Below, one piece after another: positions 9,681 to 20,021 of a stretch of 64,000 nt of DNA. The notes beneath the pieces are model-generated. The model was not told the DNA's origin, did not search any database, and saw nothing but the letters and a program-made list of their open reading frames with translations. Source of the stretch: Thermoplasmatales archaeon (lineage in GTDB: Archaea; Thermoplasmatota; E2; UBA202; JdFR-43). Position numbers and translations under genes: made by a program. Numbering within the stretch: position 1 is the stretch's first letter; each line of letters begins with the position of its first letter. The DNA is taken from NCBI GenBank assembly GCA_014361195.1, contig JACIWA010000002.1, positions 4,310-68,309 of the forward strand, in the 5' to 3' direction.

Positions 9681-11167
9681 TAAAATTTTTCATCAACTTT
9701 TTCCTCTGGAATTTTTTCTTTTTCCATATTTTTTATATAATCCTCATATAGATGAATTTTTGCAGGTATTGCAAATGGGGCGCCCGGATATGTCATTATT
9801 GCCTCCCCTATTTCAAGAGTTTGTATTTCTTTCTCAAGAGCGGAGATGTCTTGCTTTGCGGAATGCTTTAATATATTTCTGTCATTTTCATCAGCAAGCC
9901 CTAAAATAAAGAAAGTGTTGAACTGGCTAAGCAAATCTTCCTTTATCAATTTTGGCTGCTGGGTTATTGCACATAGCCCTACTTTAAATTTCCTTCCTTC
10001 CCTTGCAATCTGCGCAAAAATTCCATTTTGCAAAACTCTTTGCGCCTCTTCTATTGTTATCATAACTGGTGGAATTTTTCTAAATTTTTCCTTATCCCTA
10101 AAAATATTTTTGTTATAGTATAAAATTTTCCTAGCTATTAAAACACTCACAAGTAATTCTTCATATTCATAAATGGAGGAGGTATCAATAAGAATAACCT
10201 TTCCATTATGCAACTCTTTTATTATTGCATCGGTATTGCATATATCCTCGTTTTGAGTTACTATATCTGATTCAACTATTCTTTCCGCCCTTCTTTTAAG
10301 CACGCTGAATGTTATATCCTGTATTCTTCTATTAAAAATCTCAACCAATTCCTCAATTTCTTTTTCATATAGCTCATCAAGCCATTTTTTCCTAAATTTT
10401 GAATATAGAGCATATAGAGCTTCTCTCTGCGCTTCGCTAAGCTCGAATATTTCCTCAAAATCACTAATACTTATCTCATGCGTAGCCAAAACAAGCCTAT
10501 TTTCCACGCCCCTTGCCCCCTCCGAATAAAACACCGCTCTCTTGCTCGCGAGGGGATGTTTTTTAAGTGCTTCATAATATTCGCCATGGGGATCTATTAT
10601 AAGTATGCCATATTTTCCAGATTTCATTGCGGAAGCAGTAAAAACGCGCATTAAATTACTTTTACCCATACCAGTTGTTGCAAATATCCCTATATGATAT
10701 GGAATTAAATCGCCTCTTATTCCAACCTTTACATCTATTTCATCCTCCCCGCTTCTTATTTTCCCTATTTCTATATCCCCCATATATTTCTCTATAAATT
10801 TATAATCTTCTTTATTTGCTTTTCTTACCAGGCAAAAATGTGATGGCAATTTTTTTGGCTTATGAAATTTACCATTTTTTACATAACCAAGAGGTTTGCA
10901 TACACATATCTTAAAAAGTCTTCTTTCCTTTTCCTTAAGCATATATTCCTCCGTCTTTTCATCTAATAAAAGCATGTCTCCAGCTGTTCTTAAGCTCCAT
11001 TTTTCATCACCTTCCTGCCCATATTGTATGTCTATAACTCTAAGGAAAAACAGCGAATTTTTTTCTTTATCATCCGCAATAAGAATTTCTCCTATTTTTG
11101 TATCCTGATTATAGCTTTGCCTAAAAATTATTTCTCCTATACTCTTTCCAACTATTCTTCCAATCAT
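9677..11167 (-). CDS. herA: HerA-family ATPase/helicase (DUF87)
   Basis: N-terminal HAS-barrel-like region, Walker A ATTGMGKS, IIDPHGEY, Walker B IEEAQ, IAREGRKF, ITQQP; start set at MIGRIVG. Confidence 0.85.
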   Translation of the reverse strand: MIGRIVGKSIGEIIFRQSYNQDTKIGEILIADDKEKNSLFFLRVIDIQYGQEGDEKWSLRTAGDMLLLDEKTEEYMLKEKERRLFKICVCKPLGYVKNGKFHKPKKLPSHFCLVRKANKEDYKFIEKYMGDIEIGKIRSGEDEIDVKVGIRGDLIPYHIGIFATTGMGKSNLMRVFTASAMKSGKYGILIIDPHGEYYEALKKHPLASKRAVFYSEGARGVENRLVLATHEISISDFEEIFELSEAQREALYALYSKFRKKWLDELYEKEIEELVEIFNRRIQDITFSVLKRRAERIVESDIVTQNEDICNTDAIIKELHNGKVILIDTSSIYEYEELLVSVLIARKILYYNKNIFRDKEKFRKIPPVMITIEEAQRVLQNGIFAQIAREGRKFKVGLCAITQQPKLIKEDLLSQFNTFFILGLADENDRNILKHSAKQDISALEKEIQTLEIGEAIMTYPGAPFAIPAKIHLYEDYIKNMEKEKIPEEKVDEKFY

Positions 11168-11168
11168 T

Positions 11169-11942
11169 TTATCCCTCCATATATTCATGATAATCATAAA
11201 ATATGTTTTCCCATTCTTCGTGGCTAATTCCTTTCTCAAAGGCTTTTTTCTGAATTAAATGTTTTAAATAAATTTCCTCATCCTTGCTTATCTTTACATG
11301 TCTATGTATATCTGCTAAGCAATATGGATAACCAAGACAGCTTATATCTTTGCACAGAGAGGATATTTCAGAAAAAATCTCATCCTCATATTTTCCAAAA
11401 TAATCTACTCTAAAAACAAATTTTGAATAAGGATAAAATTTTACCGCATATACTCCATCTTCAATCTTATAATACCAGCATTTATTCTTCATAATTTCAT
11501 CTCCAAATTTTTTTATTATGAACAATAAAGGAATTTTTCCTATCCTATAGCCACTTTTCTTGCTTATTCCAACAACTCCATCTATTTTATATTTAAGACA
11601 TCCATCAAAAATAACAATTTCATTTCCAGAAATTTCTTTTGCAATTTTATATTCCTCCTCCTCTCTTCTTAAATCATTTTCTGCGCTTGCACCATCGCCA
11701 TATATAGTATCCAGTTCTATTTCTCCTATTTTTTTCTCGATTATATTCTCTTCATTTGCTTTATTATACCCGATTCTCCTTGCAAATATTGAAAATGAAT
11801 ATGCATCAAGAATTTTAACAGAACTTCCATCTATTGAGTATGCGGTGCACCCCGCTTTTCTATTAAATTCTACAAATTTATCCCTATCTATCTCAATTTC
11901 GTTTGCGCCAAATATTGCTTCTATGATCTCTTCTGCCTTCAC
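11169..11942 (-). CDS. nurA: NurA-family nuclease
   Basis: SIDGS, IFDG, GISK, FRVD, GYPY.L.DIH; directly upstream of herA. Confidence 0.8.
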   Translation of the reverse strand: MKAEEIIEAIFGANEIEIDRDKFVEFNRKAGCTAYSIDGSSVKILDAYSFSIFARRIGYNKANEENIIEKKIGEIELDTIYGDGASAENDLRREEEEYKIAKEISGNEIVIFDGCLKYKIDGVVGISKKSGYRIGKIPLLFIIKKFGDEIMKNKCWYYKIEDGVYAVKFYPYSKFVFRVDYFGKYEDEIFSEISSLCKDISCLGYPYCLADIHRHVKISKDEEIYLKHLIQKKAFEKGISHEEWENIFYDYHEYMEG

Positions 11943-11957
11943 GATTTGAATCGCTTA

Positions 11958-12080
11958 TCAATTAACCATTCTGTATTCAATTATTATATCCCCGTTTTTG
12001 TCCACGAGGCGGCGCATGCTTCCTTTGGCGTAGATGCGTAAATCATTTCCGAAATTTTCTATATGAGTCCATCCCCTCAT
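11958..12080 (-). CDS. 40-aa hypothetical protein upstream of nurA
   Basis: ATG..TGA ORF MRGWTHIENFGNDLRIYAKGSMRRLVDKNGDIIIEYRMVN fills the gap; AT-rich TATA-like sequence upstream. Confidence 0.55.
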   Translation of the reverse strand: MRGWTHIENFGNDLRIYAKGSMRRLVDKNGDIIIEYRMVN

Positions 12081-12161
12081 AAAATTGAAAGATACTCAAT
12101 TTATAAATCTTTTTAAATTTTCATAGGTAAAAATTTTATATTAAAATTTGATAATAGAAAT

Positions 12162-13592
12162 ATGAAATACATGGCAATATTTATCGCTGTAATATTTTTA
12201 ATTCCGTCAAACATATCTATGAAAAAAGAAGAAGAGATAAGATGGATGAAGAATGGTTATCCAGAAATAGACATTCATGAATGTAATTGCATAGGGGTTG
12301 GATTAGTGGATGGAAAAAGAGCGATAATATATAAAGAGGAAAAAAATTATTATGAAGTTGAGACATCTTCCTTATATGATTTTCTAATAATCTCTCCTGA
12401 TGCATGGCTTGATGAATTAAGTGCTCTTAGGCAACATAAGGAAAGCAATGGAATAAAAACAATTGCGGTGGGACTAAATGAAGTTTATGCTCATCCATCC
12501 GCTGTGCAGGGAAGGGATGATGCAGAGAAAATAAAATATTTCATAAAGAATGCAATTGAGGAATGGGGAATAAAATATGTAATGCTTGTAGGAGACATTT
12601 ATCACATGCCAATAAGAAATGCCTTGCATATATGGAGGGATGGAACAAAATTAAGGGAATTTCCAATTCCAACTGATTTATATTATGCAGATATTTATAG
12701 ATATGAAAATGGAAAAATTGTATTTTCATCATGGGACACAAATGGAAATGGGAAATATGGAGAGGAATATAAAGATGGATATACAAAAGGAGATATTATA
12801 GATTTATATCCAGATGTATATGTTGGTAGAATTGCCTGCGAAAATAAAGCGATAGTTAAGCATGTTGTTAATAAGATAATAAATTATGAAAGTAAAACAA
12901 AGGGCGAAGATTGGTTTAATAGAATAGTCCTTGTTGGCGGGGATACTTTCCCTGGATGGGGTGTGAGAGAAGGAGAAGTAATGAATGAAATTGTTGCCCA
13001 AATAATGAATGATTTTGAGCCATACAAAATACAATACTCTCTCGGAAATTTAAATGCGCTGGAAATTCAAAAAGCTTTGCAGAAGGGATGTGGTTTTCTC
13101 TATTATTCAGGTCATGGCTTCCCTTATGGCTGGGCAACACACGGGGAGAGCGAAGCATGGATCGGAAGATATTTTACTCCGTACATTTTTACTCTTTTCA
13201 ATGGCTACAGGTTGCCGGTGATATTTTTCGATGCCTGTTTGACCGCAAAGCTTGATTTTAATTCATCTGATTTAAGAGAAGATGGTGTACCCATCCCATT
13301 TAATGCTACCTTCCCATGTTTTGCCTGGTATTTTATACGCCATTCATATGGTGGAGCAATAGCTACTATAGGAGCAACAAGAGTTGCATTTACTGGAGTA
13401 GATGAAAATGGCCCACACTGGGGAGCAAGCTATCTAGCATATAAATTCTTTAATGAATATAGAAATACGCATATTTTAGGGGAAGTTTTTGCAAATGCTC
13501 AAATAGATTATGTTAGTTCAGTGTGGGATACCTGGACAATTGAAGAATTCATATTGCTTGGTGATCCAACCTTGAAAATTGGAGGGTATTAG
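12162..13592 (+). CDS. secreted C25 (gingipain-like) cysteine peptidase
   Basis: Signal peptide; YVMLVGD, TDLYYAD, PDVYVGR, catalytic SGHG and DAC, LLGDP. Confidence 0.9.
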   Translation: MKYMAIFIAVIFLIPSNISMKKEEEIRWMKNGYPEIDIHECNCIGVGLVDGKRAIIYKEEKNYYEVETSSLYDFLIISPDAWLDELSALRQHKESNGIKTIAVGLNEVYAHPSAVQGRDDAEKIKYFIKNAIEEWGIKYVMLVGDIYHMPIRNALHIWRDGTKLREFPIPTDLYYADIYRYENGKIVFSSWDTNGNGKYGEEYKDGYTKGDIIDLYPDVYVGRIACENKAIVKHVVNKIINYESKTKGEDWFNRIVLVGGDTFPGWGVREGEVMNEIVAQIMNDFEPYKIQYSLGNLNALEIQKALQKGCGFLYYSGHGFPYGWATHGESEAWIGRYFTPYIFTLFNGYRLPVIFFDACLTAKLDFNSSDLREDGVPIPFNATFPCFAWYFIRHSYGGAIATIGATRVAFTGVDENGPHWGASYLAYKFFNEYRNTHILGEVFANAQIDYVSSVWDTWTIEEFILLGDPTLKIGGY

Positions 13593-13761
13593 ATCTATCA
13601 ATTTAAGTTTTATAATCATTTGGTGCATATTTTGATTCCAAAGAAAATTATCCAGAAATATCATTTTCTCGCTATCATTACTACCCTTACTCCAAACCTA
13701 AAAATTACTGCTTAGATCCGTCTGAAATTTTCAATTGTTACAACTATCTTCAATAAAGCAA

Positions 13762-14160
13762 TTATTCAACAATTAAATTTTCCCCCGCCTTACTCTCGCT
13801 TGCGAGCAAAAATTCCTTGCCCATGTGCAAACAGTTTACTGGACAAACATCATTGCACTGGCTACAAAAAATGCACCTCCCTATATAGATTCTAATCTTT
13901 TTCTCATTTTCTTTGAATTCAATAGCTTTTGCGGGACATACTTTTATACATGTTTTACAACCAATGCATTTTTCTTTTTCATAAATTATTTTCCCTCTGA
14001 ATCCCTCCGGCACTTCAACAGGTGGATTTATCTTTAATTTACCCTCATTTACTTTCTTAAGAAATTCTTTTACACTTTTTGGAGCATATTTTGCAGGAAA
14101 TTTATTTGTGAAAGGTTTTTCAAACATTTGCTTTATTAGCTGTTTTAGCATCGGAAACAT
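13762..14160 (-). CDS. mbhN: Mbh hydrogenase ferredoxin subunit (NuoI-like)
   Basis: Two CxxCxxCxxxCP motifs; PFTNKFP; last gene of the operon. Confidence 0.9.
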   Translation of the reverse strand: MFPMLKQLIKQMFEKPFTNKFPAKYAPKSVKEFLKKVNEGKLKINPPVEVPEGFRGKIIYEKEKCIGCKTCIKVCPAKAIEFKENEKKIRIYIGRCIFCSQCNDVCPVNCLHMGKEFLLASESKAGENLIVE

Positions 14161-14164
14161 TTTA

Positions 14165-15175
14165 TCACCATGGTAAAGATATCTTAAATTGATTGTCCCA
14201 TATAAGGAGTAACAAACCGATCAGAGATATTAATGTTATTGTTACCCAATAAGAAGTAACCACTTGGGTTATTCTCAGCCTTGCCATTCCCGCTCTTATT
14301 ATTGTAATAGAGAAAAACATCAATAAAAACACTTTAAGTAGGAAAAAGAGGAAATCTGAAATAATAGCGGAATAGCCAGAGAAGCCAACAATGTCGGAGA
14401 TATTATATGGGAAAAATATATTTACGATTAAAGATGCAATTGCAAAAATTCTAACCCCGTCCGCCATATAAAATAATGCAAGATTTCTACCAGAATATTC
14501 TACAAATACTCCTTGAGCGATTTCTGTTTCTGCTTCTGCAACATCAAAAGGAATTTTAGCGGTTTCTCCAGGAACAACGATTAGGAGGGAGATGAGAAGA
14601 ATAATTATTCCTATAAACCCAATTAATCCAACATTGTTGAATATGGGGTGCGATGAAATAAATGAAATTGTAAAAACATCACCAGAAATCTCAGATAATT
14701 TCCATGCAATTGCTACCACACTTATAGCGAGAGGAAATTCATAGGATATCATGGTTACCATCTCTCTCTGTGCGCCTATTGTTGCGAATGGTGAGCCACT
14801 AGCAAAACCACCAGCAACCATCGCAAGTGCAGGCAATATAAAGATATAAACAACTAAAATTATATCATTTTCTCCATGAAGCTGTAATTTTTCAAGTCCC
14901 GGGATAGGAATATAAAGCATTAGGAGAATGCTTGAAGCAAGGCATATTAAAGGGGCAATATTATATATCCATCTCACCGCATTCTCAGGAACAACATTTT
15001 CTTTAATCATTAATTTTGCAACATCTAGAAATGGTTGTCTTATTGGGGGACCAACTCTTTTCTGCATTCTTGCAACAATCTTGCGGTCTATACCCTTGAA
15101 GAGCAGACCAAAAAATATTGAAAGCAATCCAATTAAAATGCATCCTATAGAAATGAAAAATATTTTTTCAATCAT
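14165..15175 (-). CDS. mbhM: Mbh membrane subunit (NuoH-like)
   Basis: RK..ARMQ.RVGPP, PFD..EAETE, EYSG, RLR. Confidence 0.9.
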   Translation of the reverse strand: MIEKIFFISIGCILIGLLSIFFGLLFKGIDRKIVARMQKRVGPPIRQPFLDVAKLMIKENVVPENAVRWIYNIAPLICLASSILLMLYIPIPGLEKLQLHGENDIILVVYIFILPALAMVAGGFASGSPFATIGAQREMVTMISYEFPLAISVVAIAWKLSEISGDVFTISFISSHPIFNNVGLIGFIGIIILLISLLIVVPGETAKIPFDVAEAETEIAQGVFVEYSGRNLALFYMADGVRIFAIASLIVNIFFPYNISDIVGFSGYSAIISDFLFFLLKVFLLMFFSITIIRAGMARLRITQVVTSYWVTITLISLIGLLLLIWDNQFKISLPW

Positions 15176-16386
15176 CTCATCATCCTCCTTGTCTTTTTCA
15201 CAGATAATTCATGTAATTGCTCCGCTGTTAAAATTCTCTCCTTTTTATCTTTTACAACAATAACTCTATTTGTGCATGACATACATGGATCGATTGATGC
15301 AGCAACAATTGGTATATCTGCAATTTGCATATCAAGCAACATAGGTCTCCATGAAAGAAGATTAATATACGTTGGTGCCCTGATTTTCCAGGAATATAGA
15401 TGCTCAAAACCACTCTTTAACTTTACATAGTGTATATCCTCGCCCCTCGGCGCCTCATATCTTGCAACCGCTTCTCCCTCGCTTTTCTTTATCTGAGCTA
15501 AGAGCTTAATAACTTTTTGCTCTGATAAAATTTCTCCTTTTGGCATTTCATCAACCGCTTTCTCTATTATATCAAGTGATTGCTTAACTTCAAGTAATCT
15601 TACAATAATTCTATCATATGTATCTCCAACTATTTCACCAGTAAGCAAATCAGGAGTTATTGCTTTAACTTCAAAATCTGGATAAGCAAAGTAGGGCATA
15701 TCTTGGCGAACATCTTTCTTTACCCCGCTTGCTCTCGCGGTTGGTCCAACAGTTGATAATTTTATTGCATCCTCTTTGCTTAGCACACCTATTTCCCTTG
15801 TCCTCATCTTTATTGTCTTATCTTCCAAAAATAATTTTGCAATTTTTTTGAAAATTTGCCTATAATATTCTATCATTTCCCTTAATTTTGGTATATGCTC
15901 TTCTTTAATATCTCTCCTAACCCCTCCATACATAATTATTGACTTTGTAACCCTATTCCCATTTATAGTTTCGAGAATATCCATAACTTTTTCCCTTACC
16001 ATCCATACATAATGAAGCAATGAATCAAAACCAAGCTCATGGGCGGCAACGCCCGCCCAGAGCAGATGGCTGTGTATTCTTTCCAGCTCCGCCTGAATTA
16101 CTCTTATATATTCCGCTCTCTCTGGTACTTCTATTCCCGCTATTTCCTCAACCGCCATAACAAGGCATGCGGGGTGACAAAAATTGCATATTCCACAAAC
16201 TCTCTCAGCAAGATATATGCTTTGCAAAGGATTATTTCTATTCATTCCTATCCATTCAACTCCTCTATGATTCTGGCTTGCAATTACATCGACATCAACT
16301 ATTTTTTCGCCCTCCAAGGTAAATTTAAGGAGGATCGGCTCTTTCAATGCGGGATGTATAGGACCAATTGGAACCTCATATTTCAT
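15172..16386 (-). CDS. mbhL: group 4 [NiFe]-hydrogenase large subunit
   Basis: GPIHPALKEP; L1 ERVCGIC; L2 DPCMSCTNR followed by a C-terminal extension. Confidence 0.95.
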   Translation of the reverse strand: MKYEVPIGPIHPALKEPILLKFTLEGEKIVDVDVIASQNHRGVEWIGMNRNNPLQSIYLAERVCGICNFCHPACLVMAVEEIAGIEVPERAEYIRVIQAELERIHSHLLWAGVAAHELGFDSLLHYVWMVREKVMDILETINGNRVTKSIIMYGGVRRDIKEEHIPKLREMIEYYRQIFKKIAKLFLEDKTIKMRTREIGVLSKEDAIKLSTVGPTARASGVKKDVRQDMPYFAYPDFEVKAITPDLLTGEIVGDTYDRIIVRLLEVKQSLDIIEKAVDEMPKGEILSEQKVIKLLAQIKKSEGEAVARYEAPRGEDIHYVKLKSGFEHLYSWKIRAPTYINLLSWRPMLLDMQIADIPIVAASIDPCMSCTNRVIVVKDKKERILTAEQLHELSVKKTRRMMR

Positions 16387-16389
16387 TTT

Positions 16390-16902
16390 TCACCTCCAAT
16401 TTTCATATAGCTTATTTGTTTCTTTTGGTGAAGTTTCATCTCTTCTCCATGGATATATCCCAGGTGGAAAATCTTCTGTAAGGAACATGTGCCTTTCATC
16501 AGGTATCTCTTCTATTTCAACACCAACCATTTCCTTTATTTCTCTTTCTGAAAATATAGCGGAAGGAATAAGAGTTGTTATTGATTTAATGCGCAAATCA
16601 TCTTTTGGCAAAATAACTTTAAGAGAAACTATCTTCTCCTCAAGCTCCTTTCCATAATCAACAGTAAAATGATAGTTGAGCTCTATATCTTTGCCTAAAT
16701 CGCTTGCAGATATAATACTGAAATGTGGAAAATCAGCGGAGAAATTTATCATTAACTCTATTGCTTCCCTAATCTTCTCCCTATCAACATTTACCCATAT
16801 ACTAACTTTTTTAGCCTTCTTTTTTACTCCCGCCTCCTTTTCCTTTATTATTGTTTCATATCCATTTTCCTTAAATTTTTGAATTATCTCCTCCGCAATC
16901 AT
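16390..16902 (-). CDS. mbhK: Mbh subunit (NuoC-like)
   Basis: EREIKEMVG, P.D.R..FL.EDFP.G.YPWR; start set at ATGA overlap. Confidence 0.9.
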   Translation of the reverse strand: MIAEEIIQKFKENGYETIIKEKEAGVKKKAKKVSIWVNVDREKIREAIELMINFSADFPHFSIISASDLGKDIELNYHFTVDYGKELEEKIVSLKVILPKDDLRIKSITTLIPSAIFSEREIKEMVGVEIEEIPDERHMFLTEDFPPGIYPWRRDETSPKETNKLYENWR

Positions 16903-17324
16903 TCCAACCCCTCCAGATATTCCCATGCTTTCACAACCCCTTGAATTATTGCCTCAGGGCGTGGAGGGCAACCTGGTACATAAAAGCATTTTGCCTCAGG
17001 TATTATTTTTTCTATTGGTCCTGCAAGATGATATGATTCGTGAAAAACCCCTCCGCTTATTCCACAAGAACCAACAACCAAAATAACTTTTGGATCAGGA
17101 ACTTGCTCATATATTCTCTTCACTTTCGCCACCATTTCATTTGTAACCGGACCAGTGAAAGCAATTACGTCAGCATGGCGTGGGGAAGCGACGAGTTTTA
17201 TCCCAAATCTCTCGACGTCATAGCGCGGGGTAAGGGCCGCTATAATTTCAATGTCACAGCCGTTGCAGGAGCCACTATTTACATGGAAAACCCACAAAGC
17301 ACGCTTGAAAGATTTTGAAATCAT
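16899..17324 (-). CDS. mbhJ: Mbh hydrogenase small subunit (NuoB-like)
   Basis: GSCNGCDIE, SPRHAD, GSCG.SGG, PGCPPRP; GGTGA RBS and ATGA overlap. Confidence 0.92.
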   Translation of the reverse strand: MISKSFKRALWVFHVNSGSCNGCDIEIIAALTPRYDVERFGIKLVASPRHADVIAFTGPVTNEMVAKVKRIYEQVPDPKVILVVGSCGISGGVFHESYHLAGPIEKIIPEAKCFYVPGCPPRPEAIIQGVVKAWEYLEGLE

Positions 17325-17647
17325 TTTATCACCCCATATAAAAATAATGAGATAAAAATTATTGCGGTTATAAGCATAAACCAAGAGACATAGTCGTTTA
17401 TTACTCCACTGTGTATTTTTTTCATAGAGTTATAATAACCTTTGAGAGCATCGATGAAACCCCAATAAACATTACTCGCGCTTATATGCATTTTTTCTTT
17501 TGGTGCTTCCATTCCTGATAAAAATGGTTTTTCTTCCTCTCCTCCTCTGTAATCAACTCTTCCAATAGCTCTTATTATATAAACAGTTATTGTTATTATC
17601 ACGAAGGATATTATCCATATTATCGGTTCCCATACTATCTCATACAT
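17321..17647 (-). CDS. mbhI: Mbh subunit I
   Basis: KPFLSG, N.YWGF, HSG.INDY; position between mbhH and mbhJ. Confidence 0.85.
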   Translation of the reverse strand: MYEIVWEPIIWIISFVIITITVYIIRAIGRVDYRGGEEEKPFLSGMEAPKEKMHISASNVYWGFIDALKGYYNSMKKIHSGVINDYVSWFMLITAIIFISLFLYGVIK

Positions 17648-19192
17648 TTAACCACCTATAGCGCTTAAGTAACCCGCTTGTTTTGCAAGAGCCATAACCG
17701 CTGGATTAACTAAGTTATTAACAATATACTGCGGAAATAGTCCAAAGAAAATTATAACAAAAGTAAGAACACCCATTCCAATAAGCATGCTTTTTGGCAC
17801 TTCTCTAACATCGTGTATCTTTGGCCCCATAAAGGCAGAGTAAAATACTTTTACGAAAGAAGCGAGAGTTAAAATTGAAACAAGCATTGCTATTATTGAT
17901 AGTATAGGACTTATTTTATAAACTGATTCATATATTATTAGTTTTGATGCAAATCCATTAAATGGAGGTATGCCAGCTATTGCAAGAGCTCCTATTATGA
18001 AGAATACAGATGTATATTTCATTGTATGGGCGAGTCCCCCCATTTCATTCAAATTTCTTGTTTTGAGGCGATAAAATATTGCTCCAGCGGTTAAGAATAG
18101 CAACCCTTTGTACATTGCGTGATTTATTATATGGAATATTCCTCCTTCCATAGCCTTTATTCCATATATTTCAAATTCTGGTTTCCCGAGCAAATAAAAG
18201 CCTGCTCCAACCCCAAGAAGCATATAGCCGGTTTGACTTATTGCGTGGTAGGCCATAAGTCTTTTTATATCTTTTTGAGGAATTGCCATTGTTACACCAA
18301 CAAACATTGATAGTAATCCAAAGATAATCAATATCCCTCCTATCAGTTGTGAATCCAATTTAAGGCCATAAAGAGTGAAGCAAACTCTGAACAATGCATA
18401 TAAGCTAGCTTGGCTACCCGCAACAAGTGTGGCGGTTATAGATGAAGGAGCAACAGAATAAGCATCAGGGCACCAGAAATGCATTGGAACTGAACCACAT
18501 TTCATTGCAAATGCGGAAACAAGCAATGCAAGAGCTATTTTATCAATATGAGTATATTTGATATTTTTGGCAAGATACGCTATATTCAATAAATCATATT
18601 CTCCATAAAATAGAGCAACCGAGAAGAGGATGAATAAAGCGGATATACTTGATATAACCAGAAACTTAAATGCTCCTTCACTTGCCTCTCCCTTCCTGCT
18701 ATATACAATAAGAGCGGCGGATGCTATTGAAAGAATTTCATAGAAAACAAACAGGTTAAAAATGTCTCCAGTAAATTCCATGCCAAGCATTCCAACCAAA
18801 ATTAGTAAAAGAAGGGTGTAGAATTTTCCCTTTCCCCTTCCTTCTTCTATATATGCAAGCGAATAAATACACGCGGAAAGGCAAACAGTTGCACTTATTA
18901 TCCCCATAAATATACCCATTGCATCTATCTGCAATACTATTCTTATTGGCACCACCGCCTGGGTTGGAATGGTTTGGAGTGGATTTCTTTCCCCTATAGC
19001 ATATACATGCATTCCATTTTTTAAAATATCTAAGGCGAGTATTATGACTAAAATCTCTACAATTATAAAAATAATGACTGCAAAAAAATTTCTTGCTTTT
19101 TTACTTATTTTGTCTATCAGAGGCATTAAAAAAGCGGATAGCAAGGGAAGAAGTATAAGCAAGGCGGGTGAATGGGTTATAAGCCAGTTCAT
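17648..19192 (-). CDS. mbhH: Mbh proton-translocating antiporter-like subunit (MrpD/NuoN-like)
   Basis: DIFNLFVFYE, K.G.VP.H.W.PDA, DIKRLMAY, GIPPFNGFASK. Confidence 0.92.
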   Translation of the reverse strand: MNWLITHSPALLILLPLLSAFLMPLIDKISKKARNFFAVIIFIIVEILVIILALDILKNGMHVYAIGERNPLQTIPTQAVVPIRIVLQIDAMGIFMGIISATVCLSACIYSLAYIEEGRGKGKFYTLLLLILVGMLGMEFTGDIFNLFVFYEILSIASAALIVYSRKGEASEGAFKFLVISSISALFILFSVALFYGEYDLLNIAYLAKNIKYTHIDKIALALLVSAFAMKCGSVPMHFWCPDAYSVAPSSITATLVAGSQASLYALFRVCFTLYGLKLDSQLIGGILIIFGLLSMFVGVTMAIPQKDIKRLMAYHAISQTGYMLLGVGAGFYLLGKPEFEIYGIKAMEGGIFHIINHAMYKGLLFLTAGAIFYRLKTRNLNEMGGLAHTMKYTSVFFIIGALAIAGIPPFNGFASKLIIYESVYKISPILSIIAMLVSILTLASFVKVFYSAFMGPKIHDVREVPKSMLIGMGVLTFVIIFFGLFPQYIVNNLVNPAVMALAKQAGYLSAIGG

Positions 19193-19557
19193 TCTCTCAA
19201 CCTCCTTACTTCTTTTGCATCTAATGTTCCATACTCCTTATATATCTTAATTATGAATGCTAAAATAAGAGCAAGAACTGCTACTCCTATAACAATGCTT
19301 GTTAGAGTTAATGCTTGAGGAACTGGCATAACCATTTTTTCTGGTATATCTGCGGGAGTTATATCAGGGGGCAAATTTGTAAAGATGGGAGCAATTCCTC
19401 CTTCTCTATATCCGAGAGTTATTAAAAATAGGTTAACCCCGCTCTCAATTATTGTTATCCCTATTGCAATTTTCATAAGATTTCTTCTGAAAACAACCGC
19501 ATACATTCCTATTGCAATCAGTGCAACCACTGTGAGAAATGGAATATTGTATATCAC
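19189..19557 (-). CDS. mbhG: Mbh subunit (MrpC/MnhC-like)
   Basis: NL.K...GVNL, PVPQALTLTSIVIG. Confidence 0.9.
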   Translation of the reverse strand: MIYNIPFLTVVALIAIGMYAVVFRRNLMKIAIGITIIESGVNLFLITLGYREGGIAPIFTNLPPDITPADIPEKMVMPVPQALTLTSIVIGVAVLALILAFIIKIYKEYGTLDAKEVRRLRE

Positions 19558-20021
19558 TCTTCCACCTCCTTTACTGCGAGGGCAATTATGATTAAGACAG
19601 AAGATAATCCTCCTATGACCTTCATTCCAACCGCTATATTCAAAATAGGAAGAATTCCCCCGCTGTTTAAAGGAGCCTCACCCCATGAAGGTATTTTTCC
19701 AAAAATTTCCTCACCAACAAGAAAATTCGTCAAAAATGTTGCTGAAAGGAAAATTCCGATTAAGCTAACCAGAACAAAAATGATTCCCCCTATGCTCTCA
19801 AAAAGAGATATTTTTTCCTCGTCACTCTTTTTCTCAACATATCTAATTCCAAATGCAACGATAAGAAGCGCAATAGCTGATGCTCCTACTGCCCCTCCTT
19901 GAAAGCCCCCGCCCGGCGTGAGGTGGCCATGCATTATTACATAAAAGGAAAATATCATTGCTATTGGAAACAGGAAGCCAGCAATGGTTTTTACAATAAC
20001 GGACATTTCTCCTTTATTCAT
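19554..20021 (-). CDS. mbhF: Mbh subunit (MrpB/MnhB-like)
   Basis: HGHLTPGGGFQGG, N..VG.KV. Confidence 0.9.
   Translation of the reverse strand: MNKGEMSVIVKTIAGFLFPIAMIFSFYVIMHGHLTPGGGFQGGAVGASAIALLIVAFGIRYVEKKSDEEKISLFESIGGIIFVLVSLIGIFLSATFLTNFLVGEEIFGKIPSWGEAPLNSGGILPILNIAVGMKVIGGLSSVLIIIALAVKEVEE

Noticed and set aside
13595-13760. Minus-strand fragments reminiscent of a NosD/beta-helix repeat
   Set aside because: Too short and broken to support a pseudogene call
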